Positions 8,761 to 18,770 of a stretch of 64,000 nt of DNA are shown in pieces (the first letter of the stretch is position 1; every line of letters begins with the position of its first letter). Under the pieces are notes generated by a model. The model saw only the letters and a program-made list of their open reading frames with translations. It searched no databases and had not been told where the DNA came from. The stretch comes from Candidatus Krumholzibacteriota bacterium. Lineage in GTDB: Bacteria > Krumholzibacteriota > Krumholzibacteriia > JAJRXK01. Both the position numbers and the translations under genes were made by a program. The DNA lies in contig CAVSGG010000003.1 of the NCBI GenBank assembly GCA_963727455.1, positions 96,001 through 160,000 on the forward strand, in the 5' to 3' direction.

Positions 8761-9869
8761 CCGGCAACTTCCAATCCGTGCCGATGGCGAACCTCGCTGA
8801 TCTGCTTGATGGCTGAACGCATGAGTTCCACCCGCCTCCTCTGTGGCAGAAATGCGCTCTTGAATCCAGCCAGGAGGAAGTTCTCCATCTCGAGCAAGGT
8901 GAGATCGAAGGTGTCGACGGCGAGTCTGAGCTCGCTCGTGAAGTCGTTTCCCAAGAGAAGTCGGTTGTTGGTGCACAGGGTCACGCGCAGCCCGTGACGC
9001 AGAAAACGCCGTAAGGGATGTTGATCTACGCTCGCAACCGCTCCGGTACGCACGCTACTGCTCAGGCCGACCTCCAAGGGAATCCGGTGGTTCGCCACGT
9101 AGCGCAGCAGGTTCATGTCCTCCAGCAATCGCGTTCCGTGCCCGATGCGATGCGCGCCCAAATAGTGCAGCGCCTGATGAATGCTGGGGGGGCCGAATTC
9201 CTCCCCCGCATGTACCGTGCAGTTGATGTTGTTGTTCAGAATGAGATAGAACGCTTCGCGATGCTCCTTGGCAGGGTTGTCCATCTCGATTCCGGCCAGA
9301 TCGAAGCCGACCACTCCGCGCCGCTTGTACTGCACCGCCAGCTCGGCGAGCCGATGAGTCTCTTCAGGCGAGTGGTGTCGAAGCCCCGTGATCACCAGCT
9401 CGGCCGAGATTCCGGTTTGCTCGCGTCCCTCCATCAGACCCGCCAGCACCGCGTCGGTCGCGCCCTCCGGAGTGAGTTCCCCCTCGCAATGAAGCACGGG
9501 ACTGAAGCGCATCTCGAGATGCTTGACGTTTTCCGCCGCACAGTCGGCCACCAGTTCGCGGGTGACACGCCGCAGAGAAACCTCGTCCTGCAGCACCCGA
9601 TGCACGATTCCAAAAAGAGGAATGTAGCCGGCCAGAGTGGGGCTTTCGTTCGTACCTTTCAAGAGCTGCCGCAGACCCTCCTCGCTCCCTCCGGGAAGGT
9701 CCAGCCTCTTGGCGCGGTAGAGCTCGACGAGGGTGGAGAATCTCACGCTGCCGTCGAGATGCACGTGCAGATCGGCTTTGGGCAAATCGCGAATGAGCTC
9801 GGTCGCGATTTCCTCGCCGCGCAAGAGATCCCCGCGCAGATAGCCATCCTGTCGCACGAAACCCGTCAT
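8757..9869 (-). CDS. add: Adenosine deaminase
   Basis: LPKADLHVHLDGS, GFDLAG, TVHAGE, RIGHG. Confidence 0.92.
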   Translation of the reverse strand: MTGFVRQDGYLRGDLLRGEEIATELIRDLPKADLHVHLDGSVRFSTLVELYRAKRLDLPGGSEEGLRQLLKGTNESPTLAGYIPLFGIVHRVLQDEVSLRRVTRELVADCAAENVKHLEMRFSPVLHCEGELTPEGATDAVLAGLMEGREQTGISAELVITGLRHHSPEETHRLAELAVQYKRRGVVGFDLAGIEMDNPAKEHREAFYLILNNNINCTVHAGEEFGPPSIHQALHYLGAHRIGHGTRLLEDMNLLRYVANHRIPLEVGLSSSVRTGAVASVDQHPLRRFLRHGLRVTLCTNNRLLLGNDFTSELRLAVDTFDLTLLEMENFLLAGFKSAFLPQRRRVELMRSAIKQISEVRHRHGLEVAG

Positions 9870-10531
9870 CAGGCCTTGCCTTTCAGTTCCTTGCGATGAG
9901 AAAGAGAGCGAATCACTTCCACCAGCTCGTCCTGCGCCTTACGGTCGTTCTTGAGATCGAGTTCCTCGGTGTTGACCACGTGCAGTGGAGAGATCAGGGG
10001 AATACGTTCTGCCCACAGCTCATAGCTCTCGTGCAATTCACGAATGTAGCCCTCCTCGATCTGCTGCTCGCAATCGCGGCCGCGGGCGCGAATGCGCCTT
10101 AGGATGGTCTCGGGCTGTGCGCGCAGGTACAGAATGAGATCGGGAGCACGCAGATAGCTCACCATCGTGGCGAAGAGGTCCTTGTAGTTGTGATAGTCGC
10201 GCTCGTCCATCATGCCGCGCCGGTAGAGGATGCGCGCGAAGATCTCGGTATCTTCGTAAATGGTGCGATCCTGAACTACGCTGCGCCCGCTCTCCAGGAT
10301 CTTGCGCTGCAAAGCGAAGCGCTTGCTGAGCAGAAATACCTGCAAGTGGAAACTGTAACGCTTCATGTCGGCGTAGAAGTCGTCGAGATAGGGGTTGTCC
10401 GCGACCGGCTCGTAGTAGGTGTCCCAGCCCAAACGCTCGCCCAGAAGATCGGTGACGAGGGTCTTTCCCACTCCGATGTTGCCGGCGATGGCGAGGAAGA
10501 ACGGTTGCTTGTCTCGATTGGGTGTTGTCAT
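9869..10531 (-). CDS. Deoxynucleoside kinase (dCK/dGK family)
   Basis: P-loop AGNIGVGKT, EPVADNPYL, QDRTIYED, RIRARGRDCE. Confidence 0.92.
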   Translation of the reverse strand: MTTPNRDKQPFFLAIAGNIGVGKTLVTDLLGERLGWDTYYEPVADNPYLDDFYADMKRYSFHLQVFLLSKRFALQRKILESGRSVVQDRTIYEDTEIFARILYRRGMMDERDYHNYKDLFATMVSYLRAPDLILYLRAQPETILRRIRARGRDCEQQIEEGYIRELHESYELWAERIPLISPLHVVNTEELDLKNDRKAQDELVEVIRSLSHRKELKGKA

Positions 10532-10552
10532 CACGCCTCCTCGTATCTTCTC

Positions 10553-11167
10553 TCACGCGCGGGGGGGTAGTCCGTCCAAAGCGTCGATCTTGGCCACACG
10601 TCGCGCGTGTCGTCCTCCGGAGTGATCTGTACGCAGCCATATCTTCAAAATGCGACTGGCGTACCCGGGATGAATCTGCGCGCTCCCCAGCACCAGTACG
10701 TTGGCGTCGTTGTGTTCGCGGCTGTTGGTTGCGGTTGCCTCGTTGTGTACGGTCGCCGCGCGTACCCCGCGCATTTTGTTCAGGGCCATGGCGCTGCCGA
10801 TGCCCGCGCCGTCGATCATCACGCCGAAGCGACAGGCCCCGGCCTGAATCTGTTGACCCACCTTGATCGCGAAGTCGGGATAGTCGCACGACTGTTGGCT
10901 GTGGGTTCCCACGTCTACCGCCTCGTAACCCGCCTCGGCGAGCACTTCCTTGAGACGCCTCTTCAGGGCGAAGCCGCCGTGGTCACTCCCGATGGCCACC
11001 CGCTTGGCCGCTCCCGGTTTGAGAACAACGGGCTTGGTCCTGCCCGGTTTGAGCATAGGGGGTTTTGTCACACCCACTTCGAGAACGCTTGGCGTCTCGG
11101 GCGCAAACTCGTCCAGAGCTTGCTCGACGAGCTGCCGCACTTGTTCTCGCGAAATCGCAGCCAACAC
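10553..11167 (-). CDS. rpiB: Ribose 5-phosphate isomerase B with N-terminal extension
   Basis: AIGSDHGG, DYPD, DGAGIGSAMALNK, SREHNDANVL, GGRHARRV. Confidence 0.9.
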   Translation of the reverse strand: MLAAISREQVRQLVEQALDEFAPETPSVLEVGVTKPPMLKPGRTKPVVLKPGAAKRVAIGSDHGGFALKRRLKEVLAEAGYEAVDVGTHSQQSCDYPDFAIKVGQQIQAGACRFGVMIDGAGIGSAMALNKMRGVRAATVHNEATATNSREHNDANVLVLGSAQIHPGYASRILKIWLRTDHSGGRHARRVAKIDALDGLPPRA

Positions 11168-11198
11168 AGCTCCTTTCTCGTATCAGAAGGTGGCGAGA

Positions 11199-11227
11199 AT
11201 CGTAGCCCTTTCCCGCATAAAGGGCAA
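11199..11227 (-). promoter_or_regulatory. Sigma70-type promoter for rpiB-dNK-add-punA
   Basis: TTGCCC-N17-TACGAT on the minus strand, with inverted repeat GCCCTTT-N7-AAAGGGC over the spacer. Confidence 0.5.
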
Positions 11228-11274
11228 TCCTAGGGCTCCGATGTGCCGGGTGCGGGCATTTGCCGAAGGCCGGT

Positions 11275-12435
11275 TTAGGACCCGCCCTTGAAGTCGCTCC
11301 AGCGTTTGTCCTCGAAGATACGGATCTGCGCGGTCGCCGCGTCCACCACGTAGAGGATTGCGCCCGAGATTTCCACCTGGATGCCGCCGCGGGTGGTGAC
11401 GCCGTGCACGATCGCGAATTTGCGCGGCGATTCCAGCGGCATCGAGCCCCCGGCGCCATTCCCGAAGATGAGATCAAAGCTGCCGTTGGGCGTGAATCGT
11501 TGCCCGCGGCTATTGCCCGAATCAGCCACGTAGATGCGGCCTTCGCGGTCGATGCCGACGCCGTAGGGCACATTGAACTCGCCCGCGTCGCTGCCCGGCC
11601 CGGGTTCGAACATTCCACCGCAGCCGGGCGCCTTACCCAGTACGTGAGCCGAGATGTCGACGGTGGGGCAGTTGGTGGGATGGAAGGGAACGATCTGTCC
11701 GGTCGAGGTGGAATCGTCGCCAGTGGGAGTGGGATCAAAGCGGATGACCCAGTTGCGCGTGGTGTCGGCGTCGCACACGAGCAGCATGCCCGCCGAATCG
11801 AAGGCCAGTCCCACCGGGCGCTGGACGAATTGCGGACTCTCCGCGCTACCCCGCTTGTTCGTGACTTCCCCGCGCGCCTGCAAGACCCCCCCCTGGTGGT
11901 CCAGCCAGCGGAAGCGCAACACCGCGCCCGAATCCGGATCGGCCAGATAGAGCAAATCACCGCGCGTGGCGAGAGCGGCGACGCTCTTGGCCAGACCGCT
12001 CAAATCAAAGCTGCCCTGCGGCGCAAGGTCTCCCTGAGCGTAAAACGAAAGTCGCGGCGGAATTCCGTCGCCGCCGTTCTCCCCCACCACCACGGTTCGC
12101 GCCAGAGAGTCCAGGCACACCGCGGTGGGGTTGGCCAGGCCGGTGACCGGTCCCTTGTCGAGCGCCCCCTTCAAGTTGTACTTGGTGAGCGTACCCGGCT
12201 GCCCCTCGGTGACGAAGATCTTGCCCGCGGCTTCGATGAGATCCGTGGGATCCGTCAGGTCCCACTGACCCTTTTCCAGATAGAGACTGCTGCTGGGAAT
12301 CCCCTTGGCCTCAGGCACGGTGATCTTCTCGCCGCAACCCAAGAGAGAGGAAACCAAGACAATTGCTCCGCACAGGGCCGGCAGGAGGAGAAGCTCCGGC
12401 CTCTTTCGTCCCAGGAGCGTTCCTTGCCGCTTCAT
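11275..12435 (-). CDS. NHL-repeat (beta-propeller) lipoprotein
   Basis: LLGC lipobox; FNVPYGVGIDREGRIYVADSGNSRGQRF NHL repeat. ATG 12435 overlaps the PorV-like stop. Confidence 0.8.
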   Translation of the reverse strand: MKRQGTLLGRKRPELLLLPALCGAIVLVSSLLGCGEKITVPEAKGIPSSSLYLEKGQWDLTDPTDLIEAAGKIFVTEGQPGTLTKYNLKGALDKGPVTGLANPTAVCLDSLARTVVVGENGGDGIPPRLSFYAQGDLAPQGSFDLSGLAKSVAALATRGDLLYLADPDSGAVLRFRWLDHQGGVLQARGEVTNKRGSAESPQFVQRPVGLAFDSAGMLLVCDADTTRNWVIRFDPTPTGDDSTSTGQIVPFHPTNCPTVDISAHVLGKAPGCGGMFEPGPGSDAGEFNVPYGVGIDREGRIYVADSGNSRGQRFTPNGSFDLIFGNGAGGSMPLESPRKFAIVHGVTTRGGIQVEISGAILYVVDAATAQIRIFEDKRWSDFKGGS

Positions 12436-13409
12436 CGTCCCAGCTCCAAGCTGACCGTGTGCAGGCCGCCGAAGGCCCCGCGATCGTCGTAGGCGTAGGC
12501 GAGGCGCATGAGCAGGCCCTTCTTTTCGAAGTGCACTCCGAATCCGGCGGAGAGTCCGCCCTGATCGACGTTGCTCCGCCATCCACCACGCAGCGCCAGG
12601 TGATCGAGCAAGGCTGCCTCGCCACCGAAGATCATCGACTCCTGCTCATCGCTGGGATGGCGGAAATCGAAGCAGAGGGTGAGGCGATGGTCGTCGCCCT
12701 TTCCAAAATCGTAGGCTGCGCCGAAGATGGCGATGGTCGGCGCCGCGAAACTCTGCCAACCCGATTCCGTTTCCGCGGGTGGCGTTCCACTGAGCTTCAA
12801 GTCACTGCCGAAGTTCTGCACCGTGAAACCAATGCGCGCGGTGTGGAAACCGATGTAATAGAGCGCACCCAGGTCGAGGAAAAAGCCCTCGTTCTTGAAC
12901 TCGTCCAGATTCTCCTGCAGGAATTTCGCAGTGGCGGCGACGGTGAAGCGATCCGTCATCTGCCGTCCCAAAGAGACTCCCCCCACGAATTGGTTCGCGC
13001 TGAAAGTGAAGCCCTGGCCGGTGGGATGCAGCTCGCTCGTGCGCAGAATGTCCCCACTGCGCAGCACGCCACCCATGATTCCCAGACGCCAAACTCCCAG
13101 CTTGTGGACGTAGGCGATGTGGTCGACATCCATGTCCGCCGCATAGGCGGTGTGCGAGAGGAGAAGGCGATCGCTGCCCTCGACGGTGATCATGGCCGCG
13201 GGATTCCAGAACACCGCAGAGGCGCCTTCTGCTGCGGCGCTCATGCCGCTGCCCATGGCGATTCCGCGCGCGCCCGCGGGCACTCGCAGGAACTGGCCAC
13301 CGCTGGATCCGGCCCGCTCTCCTCCATAGAGCGTGATGAGTTGCCCGGCCCGCGCCGGAGCGAGGGAGGCGAGTAGAAGCCAGAGAACCAGAACCGTGCG
13401 CACTACCAT
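12432..13409 (-). CDS. PorV/PorQ (UPF0164) family outer-membrane beta-barrel
   Basis: GGQFLRVPAGARGIAMG...ASAVFWNPAAM signature; alternating beta-strands; C-terminal HTVSLEL. Confidence 0.85.
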   Translation of the reverse strand: MVVRTVLVLWLLLASLAPARAGQLITLYGGERAGSSGGQFLRVPAGARGIAMGSGMSAAAEGASAVFWNPAAMITVEGSDRLLLSHTAYAADMDVDHIAYVHKLGVWRLGIMGGVLRSGDILRTSELHPTGQGFTFSANQFVGGVSLGRQMTDRFTVAATAKFLQENLDEFKNEGFFLDLGALYYIGFHTARIGFTVQNFGSDLKLSGTPPAETESGWQSFAAPTIAIFGAAYDFGKGDDHRLTLCFDFRHPSDEQESMIFGGEAALLDHLALRGGWRSNVDQGGLSAGFGVHFEKKGLLMRLAYAYDDRGAFGGLHTVSLELGR

Positions 13410-16354
13410 TGGTAACTCACCCCCAGGATCAGGGTGCGGGGGTCGGTGCGATAGGAAGGATCGACGTAGTCCTCCACGTAGTCGATGGTGGAGACGGTGC
13501 GGGGGGACCCGTTGAGGCGTTGGCTCGCAATATCCCCGTCCCAGTTGCCTCGAATGTATCCCTCACCCGTCCAGGGATTGACGCGCCGGTAGTTGGCGTG
13601 ATCCAAGATGTTGCGCGCTTCGAGGTAGATCGTCACCCTTCGCTTCTCGTCCAAATGATAGAACTTGGAGAGTTTCAGATCGAGGGTACTTCGATAAGGC
13701 CCCAGCTTGCCGTAAGTATCCGAGGAGTTCTGCACGCTTCCGTTCTCGGTCAGCACGCGCTCGGTATAGCGCTGCCCGGACCAGGCCTTCAAAAGAAGAT
13801 TCGCACTCCAATTCTCGGGCAGCGTCCATCCCAAAAGCTGCGGCGCGTGCTTTTCACCCACGTAGAAGTCCAGGTTCAAGGTCACCGACCAGGGACGATC
13901 CCACAGGAGCGGCACGTTGCGAATCCCCTGCTCGGTCTGGAAGTCGGGATTGCCCTGTCCCAGCTCCGCGCTCAGGAAGGTGGCGTTCGCATCACTGTTG
14001 CTCCCGGTGGTCCGCTGCAACTCGAAGGTGAGACTTCCGCTGAGGTAGCGCGTGGTGCGTTTCACGATCGACAATTCCATTCCGATGGAGCGCGCCGCAT
14101 CGGCGTTGAAGTAGCGAATGGGATTCACCACCACCGCCACTTTGTCGTTGGGATCGGGGGTGTCCTGCGGATCGATCACGACCTGATCCAAGGCCACGCT
14201 CTGCGCGTAGCCGTAGATGTCGTTGCTATAGAAGGTGAGGCCGGCGCTCCAGAGATTTTCGAACTCGTGCTGAATTCCCGCCTCGTACTGCACCGTGACC
14301 TTGGGATCGAGATCGGGATTGCCCAGGAGCTGCAGGTCGGTCGCGAAATTGGTCTGCAGCTGCGCGTACACGTAGTTGTAACGCGGCCACTGGTTGAAAT
14401 GACCGTAATTGAAGAAGAACTTGTCATGCGGGGAGACCGGAAAACTCACCCCGATACGCGGGCTCAAGCGGGCCTTCCAGCGCACTCCGAAGGCGCTGGT
14501 CGTTTTCGAGTTATAACTGTCGACCATCTCGGGAAAGATGAAGACGTAGTCCTCGCTGTTTTCCATGACGCGGTCCACTTCCCGCCCCGGGGCCCAGGCG
14601 TCGAGACGACCACCCAAGTTGAGAATGAGACCCTTGTAGCTGAGACGATCCTGTACGTAGCCCGCGAAAACCTGAGGATGAACCCGAAAAATGTCCTCAC
14701 TGCGCGCCAAGAAGCCAGGCGGCGGATTGCCCAAGGATCCACTCAGGTCGATGAGCTGCATCTCGCTGTAAGTGTATTCGAAGCCCGTCTTGAAGCGGCT
14801 ATTCTCGCCTGCGAGCCAGGCATAGTCGGCTTTCGCCACATAGGATTCCGAGTAATGGTCGTGCCAGCGGTCGGCATCTCCCCCCACGTGCGCGCCCGCG
14901 ATATACGAAGGAGCGCCCTCCCCGGGGGGATCATGGTAGTTGAGCTCGGGTCCCTGGTAGGTGGTGAAGTCGTCGTTACGATTCTTGTTGGTATGCTGCC
15001 TGGAGAACTGCCGTCCCAGGGTAACATCGTAGAAGGCGCTCTTCCCGTTGACGTGATGCCAGTTGAGTTGGGTGAGGATGTTCTGCGTGGTGGTCACGTC
15101 ATAGTTGTAGAGGATGTTCTGGTACTTCTTCGGAAAGCCCTCGCCGGCGAGCAGATAGCCCAGTCCCACCGTGGCCTGATTGCTGTAAGTGAGGTTGAGC
15201 TTGCTCAGGGGCGAGAAGGCCCAGGTCAGCTTTGCCAGCCCGCTCCACTTGTTGTCCGCGCGGGGCGACCAGACGTCGCTGCCGAGAATCGGTGAGAGCA
15301 CGCCCTTGGTTTGCTCTTTGGAGGGCATCTGTGAAATCTGGGACGGGTCCGGATCGCGCAACGATTTGGTAGGGAGGTAGGTGTCGCTGATGTCGCCGGT
15401 GAGACTGACGATGAAGTACTGCTTCCCCGGCAGATTCAGGTTGTTCCAGGGTACCACCGGGCCGGACAGGGTGAGCCGCGCCATGTCCTTGTCGTAACGG
15501 TACGAGTCTGGTGCGATCGCGTCGCTACGATAGGTGGCTTTGCCTTCGAACTCCTCGCCACCTTCCTTCGTCGAGACGTTCACGACCCCGCTCACCGCCT
15601 GACCGTATTCCGCCGAGAATCCGCCGGTGAGAACCTCGACTTCGTTGATGAGATCGGTGTTCACGCCCACTCCGTAGGAGCCAGCGCCAAGCGGGTCCTT
15701 CACTGCGATGCCGTCGAGGCGGAACTGCGTGTCGTCTTCGCGGCCGCCGCGGATGTGGATGGCATTGTCCTGCACCGTCACTCCGGCCTGCAGGGCCACC
15801 GCATCCACCAGATTGTCCAAGGGCAGCGCGTCGATGTCGCTGCCGCTGAGGCGCCGCGCGGTTCCCGTCTCGCTCACCACCAGCAACTTGCGTTGGGCCA
15901 AAACCTCGTAGGGATCAAAGACCTCCGCGTGCGGTTCCAGCCAGAAGTTGATCTCGACTTCGTCCCCGGGCAGAAGACTCAGAGTCACTTCGCCAACACC
16001 GTAGGTGATGTAACTGGCGCGAATGGTATAAGTGCCAGGCGAAAGGCCCCTCAACCAGAACTGGCCGTTGTTCAGCGAGAGAGTCCCTTTGCCGGTGTTC
16101 AGCACGAAGATGTTGGTATAGCTCAAGGGGACGTTGCGATCCTTCGCGAATACCCGCCCCTTGACCACGATGGGAAGATTCGGGTTGCGCTTGGCCTCTT
16201 CCTCGTAGCGGTGGAGGTAGCGGTAGCCAGTGACCTTCTCCCCTATGTCTCCGGTGACTTTCCCGATCTGTTCATCCTGCGCTCGCGCCATGACCGGTAA
16301 GAGGAAAAAGGCAAGTGTAACGATCAGTCGGACTCTCAGTTGCCAACTCCTCAC
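13403..16354 (-). CDS. TonB-dependent receptor with N-terminal carboxypeptidase-regulatory-like domain
   Basis: IHIRGGR, EVEVLTGGFSAEYGQAVSGVVNVSTKEG plug, RLSPRIGVSFP, GNPDLDP, C-terminal PRTLILGVSYQW. Confidence 0.93.
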   Translation of the reverse strand: MRSWQLRVRLIVTLAFFLLPVMARAQDEQIGKVTGDIGEKVTGYRYLHRYEEEAKRNPNLPIVVKGRVFAKDRNVPLSYTNIFVLNTGKGTLSLNNGQFWLRGLSPGTYTIRASYITYGVGEVTLSLLPGDEVEINFWLEPHAEVFDPYEVLAQRKLLVVSETGTARRLSGSDIDALPLDNLVDAVALQAGVTVQDNAIHIRGGREDDTQFRLDGIAVKDPLGAGSYGVGVNTDLINEVEVLTGGFSAEYGQAVSGVVNVSTKEGGEEFEGKATYRSDAIAPDSYRYDKDMARLTLSGPVVPWNNLNLPGKQYFIVSLTGDISDTYLPTKSLRDPDPSQISQMPSKEQTKGVLSPILGSDVWSPRADNKWSGLAKLTWAFSPLSKLNLTYSNQATVGLGYLLAGEGFPKKYQNILYNYDVTTTQNILTQLNWHHVNGKSAFYDVTLGRQFSRQHTNKNRNDDFTTYQGPELNYHDPPGEGAPSYIAGAHVGGDADRWHDHYSESYVAKADYAWLAGENSRFKTGFEYTYSEMQLIDLSGSLGNPPPGFLARSEDIFRVHPQVFAGYVQDRLSYKGLILNLGGRLDAWAPGREVDRVMENSEDYVFIFPEMVDSYNSKTTSAFGVRWKARLSPRIGVSFPVSPHDKFFFNYGHFNQWPRYNYVYAQLQTNFATDLQLLGNPDLDPKVTVQYEAGIQHEFENLWSAGLTFYSNDIYGYAQSVALDQVVIDPQDTPDPNDKVAVVVNPIRYFNADAARSIGMELSIVKRTTRYLSGSLTFELQRTTGSNSDANATFLSAELGQGNPDFQTEQGIRNVPLLWDRPWSVTLNLDFYVGEKHAPQLLGWTLPENWSANLLLKAWSGQRYTERVLTENGSVQNSSDTYGKLGPYRSTLDLKLSKFYHLDEKRRVTIYLEARNILDHANYRRVNPWTGEGYIRGNWDGDIASQRLNGSPRTVSTIDYVEDYVDPSYRTDPRTLILGVSYQW

Positions 16355-17901
16355 GGCTTCCCCCCGCTCGGCAGGGTCACCGGGTGCCCGAGGTGATTTT
16401 GTAAAACGAGACCGAGGGTTTCGATCGCATTTCCCAGGGCGTTGCAGTATTCCAGTTGGAATCCGAAGCAGACCGCATTCGCGGTTCCCGTGTCCGGTCT
16501 ACGCGTGGCGACCAGCGGACTGGAAGGACGACGATCGTGCAGATAGTCGTAGTTCTCGAAGCGGTAGAGCTCGGCGGTACCCGAGGTCATCACGAAGCCG
16601 TAGATCCCGAAGAAGAAACCCGTTCCGTCCAGATAGTTGCGGCCGATCGAAGATATGACCGGAAGATCCGTGGTCTGTGGCTCGGCATCGAGCGAACCGC
16701 CGAGAGCGGAAAGGTCCTGCGAGGTAGTGCGGAAGCCCGAGCGCGGATCCGGGTTCTTCTGCAAGCCCAGTACTTGCGAGCGGAAGGTGGTGCTCAGGTT
16801 CGAGCTGGCACCCACCGCGTTCTGGGTCTCCAGGAAGAGGTGACCCGATTGCGTACCGGCCGTATTGGGATCGAGGTCTTTGGTGAGATAGTCCTGCAGA
16901 ATTGCCTGTACGCGTAAGAGGTTCTGACTCTCCGAATTGCCGGTGTACCACACGAGCCACTGGAATTGTTCGAGAGTGAGACGAATGTCGTCGTCGCGGT
17001 CCGGTAGACCATCGGAGATGTCCCACAAGCTGTGCTGACCGGGCAGGAGCACCTCGAGCGCATCGCGATAGAAGGTGTCACGGCTGGCAAGGGAGGCCGT
17101 GTTCGGACAATCGTCTACCAATAGGACGTCACCGATTACCTGATAGACCTTCCAGGTATGAGAGAGTTCGGCCACGCCTCCTGCCTCGTCCGCAATGCGC
17201 ACGTAGATGGTTTGATCAAAATCTTTCGCGGGATCGCCAGGGGGAATGTTGCGCAGCACCAGCGAGAAGCGCGTCGGCGGTCGTGACTCACGCACCCATC
17301 CCTGACTCGGATCGGCCAGAGGGTCGCCAATGTCGTAGACGAGATCAGGATCGCTGCCTTCGTAACGGTACTCGATCCACGGAAGCAAGGTGGAGTCGCC
17401 GTCGAGATCGAAGCCGAAGAACTCGAAGGAAGCCGCACCAAAACTCGTCTCCACCGGATTGAAATTGTCGGCGAACTCCAAGAGCGGAGGAAAGTTCACC
17501 AGAGGGATGGTGACCGATACGGTATCGCTGAGCGCGCCACGATCGTCTTCGGCGACCACGTACAAAGTCGGGAACGCGCGACCACTTTCGTCGGTGGTGT
17601 AGGTCGCGGTCGATTCCTCCTTGGTAGTGAAGACCCAGGGATTGGAGGCCTGACCCTGTTGGGCGATGCTCACGTGGTAGCCCACGATGAAACCGTCCTG
17701 ATCGGTCCCGGACCAATGGAAGGTCGCCTGGTTGTAGGTGGTGGGTTGCAGGCTGTCCGCATCGGCGGGAAGAACCCAGATCGACGCTACCGGACGCGCG
17801 TTCTGCCAGCTCGAAGGATCGAAGGGTTCATTGGAGCAGGCGGCGGCGAGCGCGACACAGCCCAAGAGCCAGGGAAGGAGTTTTGCGAATGGTCTCGACA
17901 T
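16351..17901 (-). CDS. Hypothetical lipoprotein (Ig-like N-terminus) in TBDR-PorV operon
   Basis: LAAAC lipobox; FHWSGTDQDGFIVGY; stop overlaps the TBDR start. Confidence 0.7.
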   Translation of the reverse strand: MSRPFAKLLPWLLGCVALAAACSNEPFDPSSWQNARPVASIWVLPADADSLQPTTYNQATFHWSGTDQDGFIVGYHVSIAQQGQASNPWVFTTKEESTATYTTDESGRAFPTLYVVAEDDRGALSDTVSVTIPLVNFPPLLEFADNFNPVETSFGAASFEFFGFDLDGDSTLLPWIEYRYEGSDPDLVYDIGDPLADPSQGWVRESRPPTRFSLVLRNIPPGDPAKDFDQTIYVRIADEAGGVAELSHTWKVYQVIGDVLLVDDCPNTASLASRDTFYRDALEVLLPGQHSLWDISDGLPDRDDDIRLTLEQFQWLVWYTGNSESQNLLRVQAILQDYLTKDLDPNTAGTQSGHLFLETQNAVGASSNLSTTFRSQVLGLQKNPDPRSGFRTTSQDLSALGGSLDAEPQTTDLPVISSIGRNYLDGTGFFFGIYGFVMTSGTAELYRFENYDYLHDRRPSSPLVATRRPDTGTANAVCFGFQLEYCNALGNAIETLGLVLQNHLGHPVTLPSGGKP

Positions 17902-18059
17902 CGCGCTTCGGCCGCAGTCCGGGTAATGAAACGGGGACGCGTGGGGTTTTGGTTCTTCTCGCGGCCGACGGTGGGGGCCGGCGGGATGGAGGAGTTTACA
18001 CCCGTCCGTCGGGTGATGGCTAGCAGCGAAGCCCCGTGGAGCGTGTTAGATTTGCGCTC

Positions 18060-18770
18060 ATGAACGTCACACCCTCTTCCGAAAATTCCGCGGCTTCGCG
18101 CGCCCTGGAGCGTACTCTGGGGATCGTGCCCCTGCGCACTCGCACCAGCGCGGCCTGGCTGCGGATCGCGTTGAACGATCTGCCGACCTTGCTCGAGGAT
18201 CACCGACAGTGCGAACTCAAGGCGGCAGCCAATGCACTCGCCCTCATTGGGCGAAATCCCGGAAAAAACGTACTGGTGGATCGGATGCAACGATTGGCGA
18301 AGGAGGAGTTGCAACACTTCCAGTTGCTGCGCGAGCTTCTGGCCGCGCGCGCCATCGAAGCGCGCGCCCCACAGCGCTCACCCTACATGAGTGGCCTGCA
18401 CGCGGGGCATCGAGATCCCATTCCCGCCCTGCTGGACGCCTTGCTGATCTCCGCTCTGGTCGAAGCCCGCTCCTGCGAACGCTTTGCTGCGCTGGCCCTG
18501 GGCCTGAAGCAGGATGTGTCGGCCGCAGGCCCGGAGCTACCAGCCACCGCTACGGGCCCTGAGAGTGAAAATTTAGCGCAAACCTATGAAAATTTGGCCC
18601 GCTCGGAAAGCGGCCACGCCGCCACCTTCTTGGATTTGGCCACGCGCTATTTCGAGCCCAATTTGGTGGAGAAGGAACTGGCGCGGCGTCTGGATCTGGA
18701 GGCGGAAATTCTGGCCGAGATCCCAGTCCGCGCGCGCATGCATGGGGGAAACGGTCCGCGCGGCAGCTAA
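18060..18770 (+). CDS. miaE: tRNA 2-methylthio-N6-isopentenyladenosine hydroxylase MiaE-like (ferritin-like di-iron)
   Basis: DHRQCELKAA, LAKEELQHF, LISALVEARSCERF, SESGH, C-terminal RMH. Confidence 0.85.
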   Translation: MNVTPSSENSAASRALERTLGIVPLRTRTSAAWLRIALNDLPTLLEDHRQCELKAAANALALIGRNPGKNVLVDRMQRLAKEELQHFQLLRELLAARAIEARAPQRSPYMSGLHAGHRDPIPALLDALLISALVEARSCERFAALALGLKQDVSAAGPELPATATGPESENLAQTYENLARSESGHAATFLDLATRYFEPNLVEKELARRLDLEAEILAEIPVRARMHGGNGPRGS

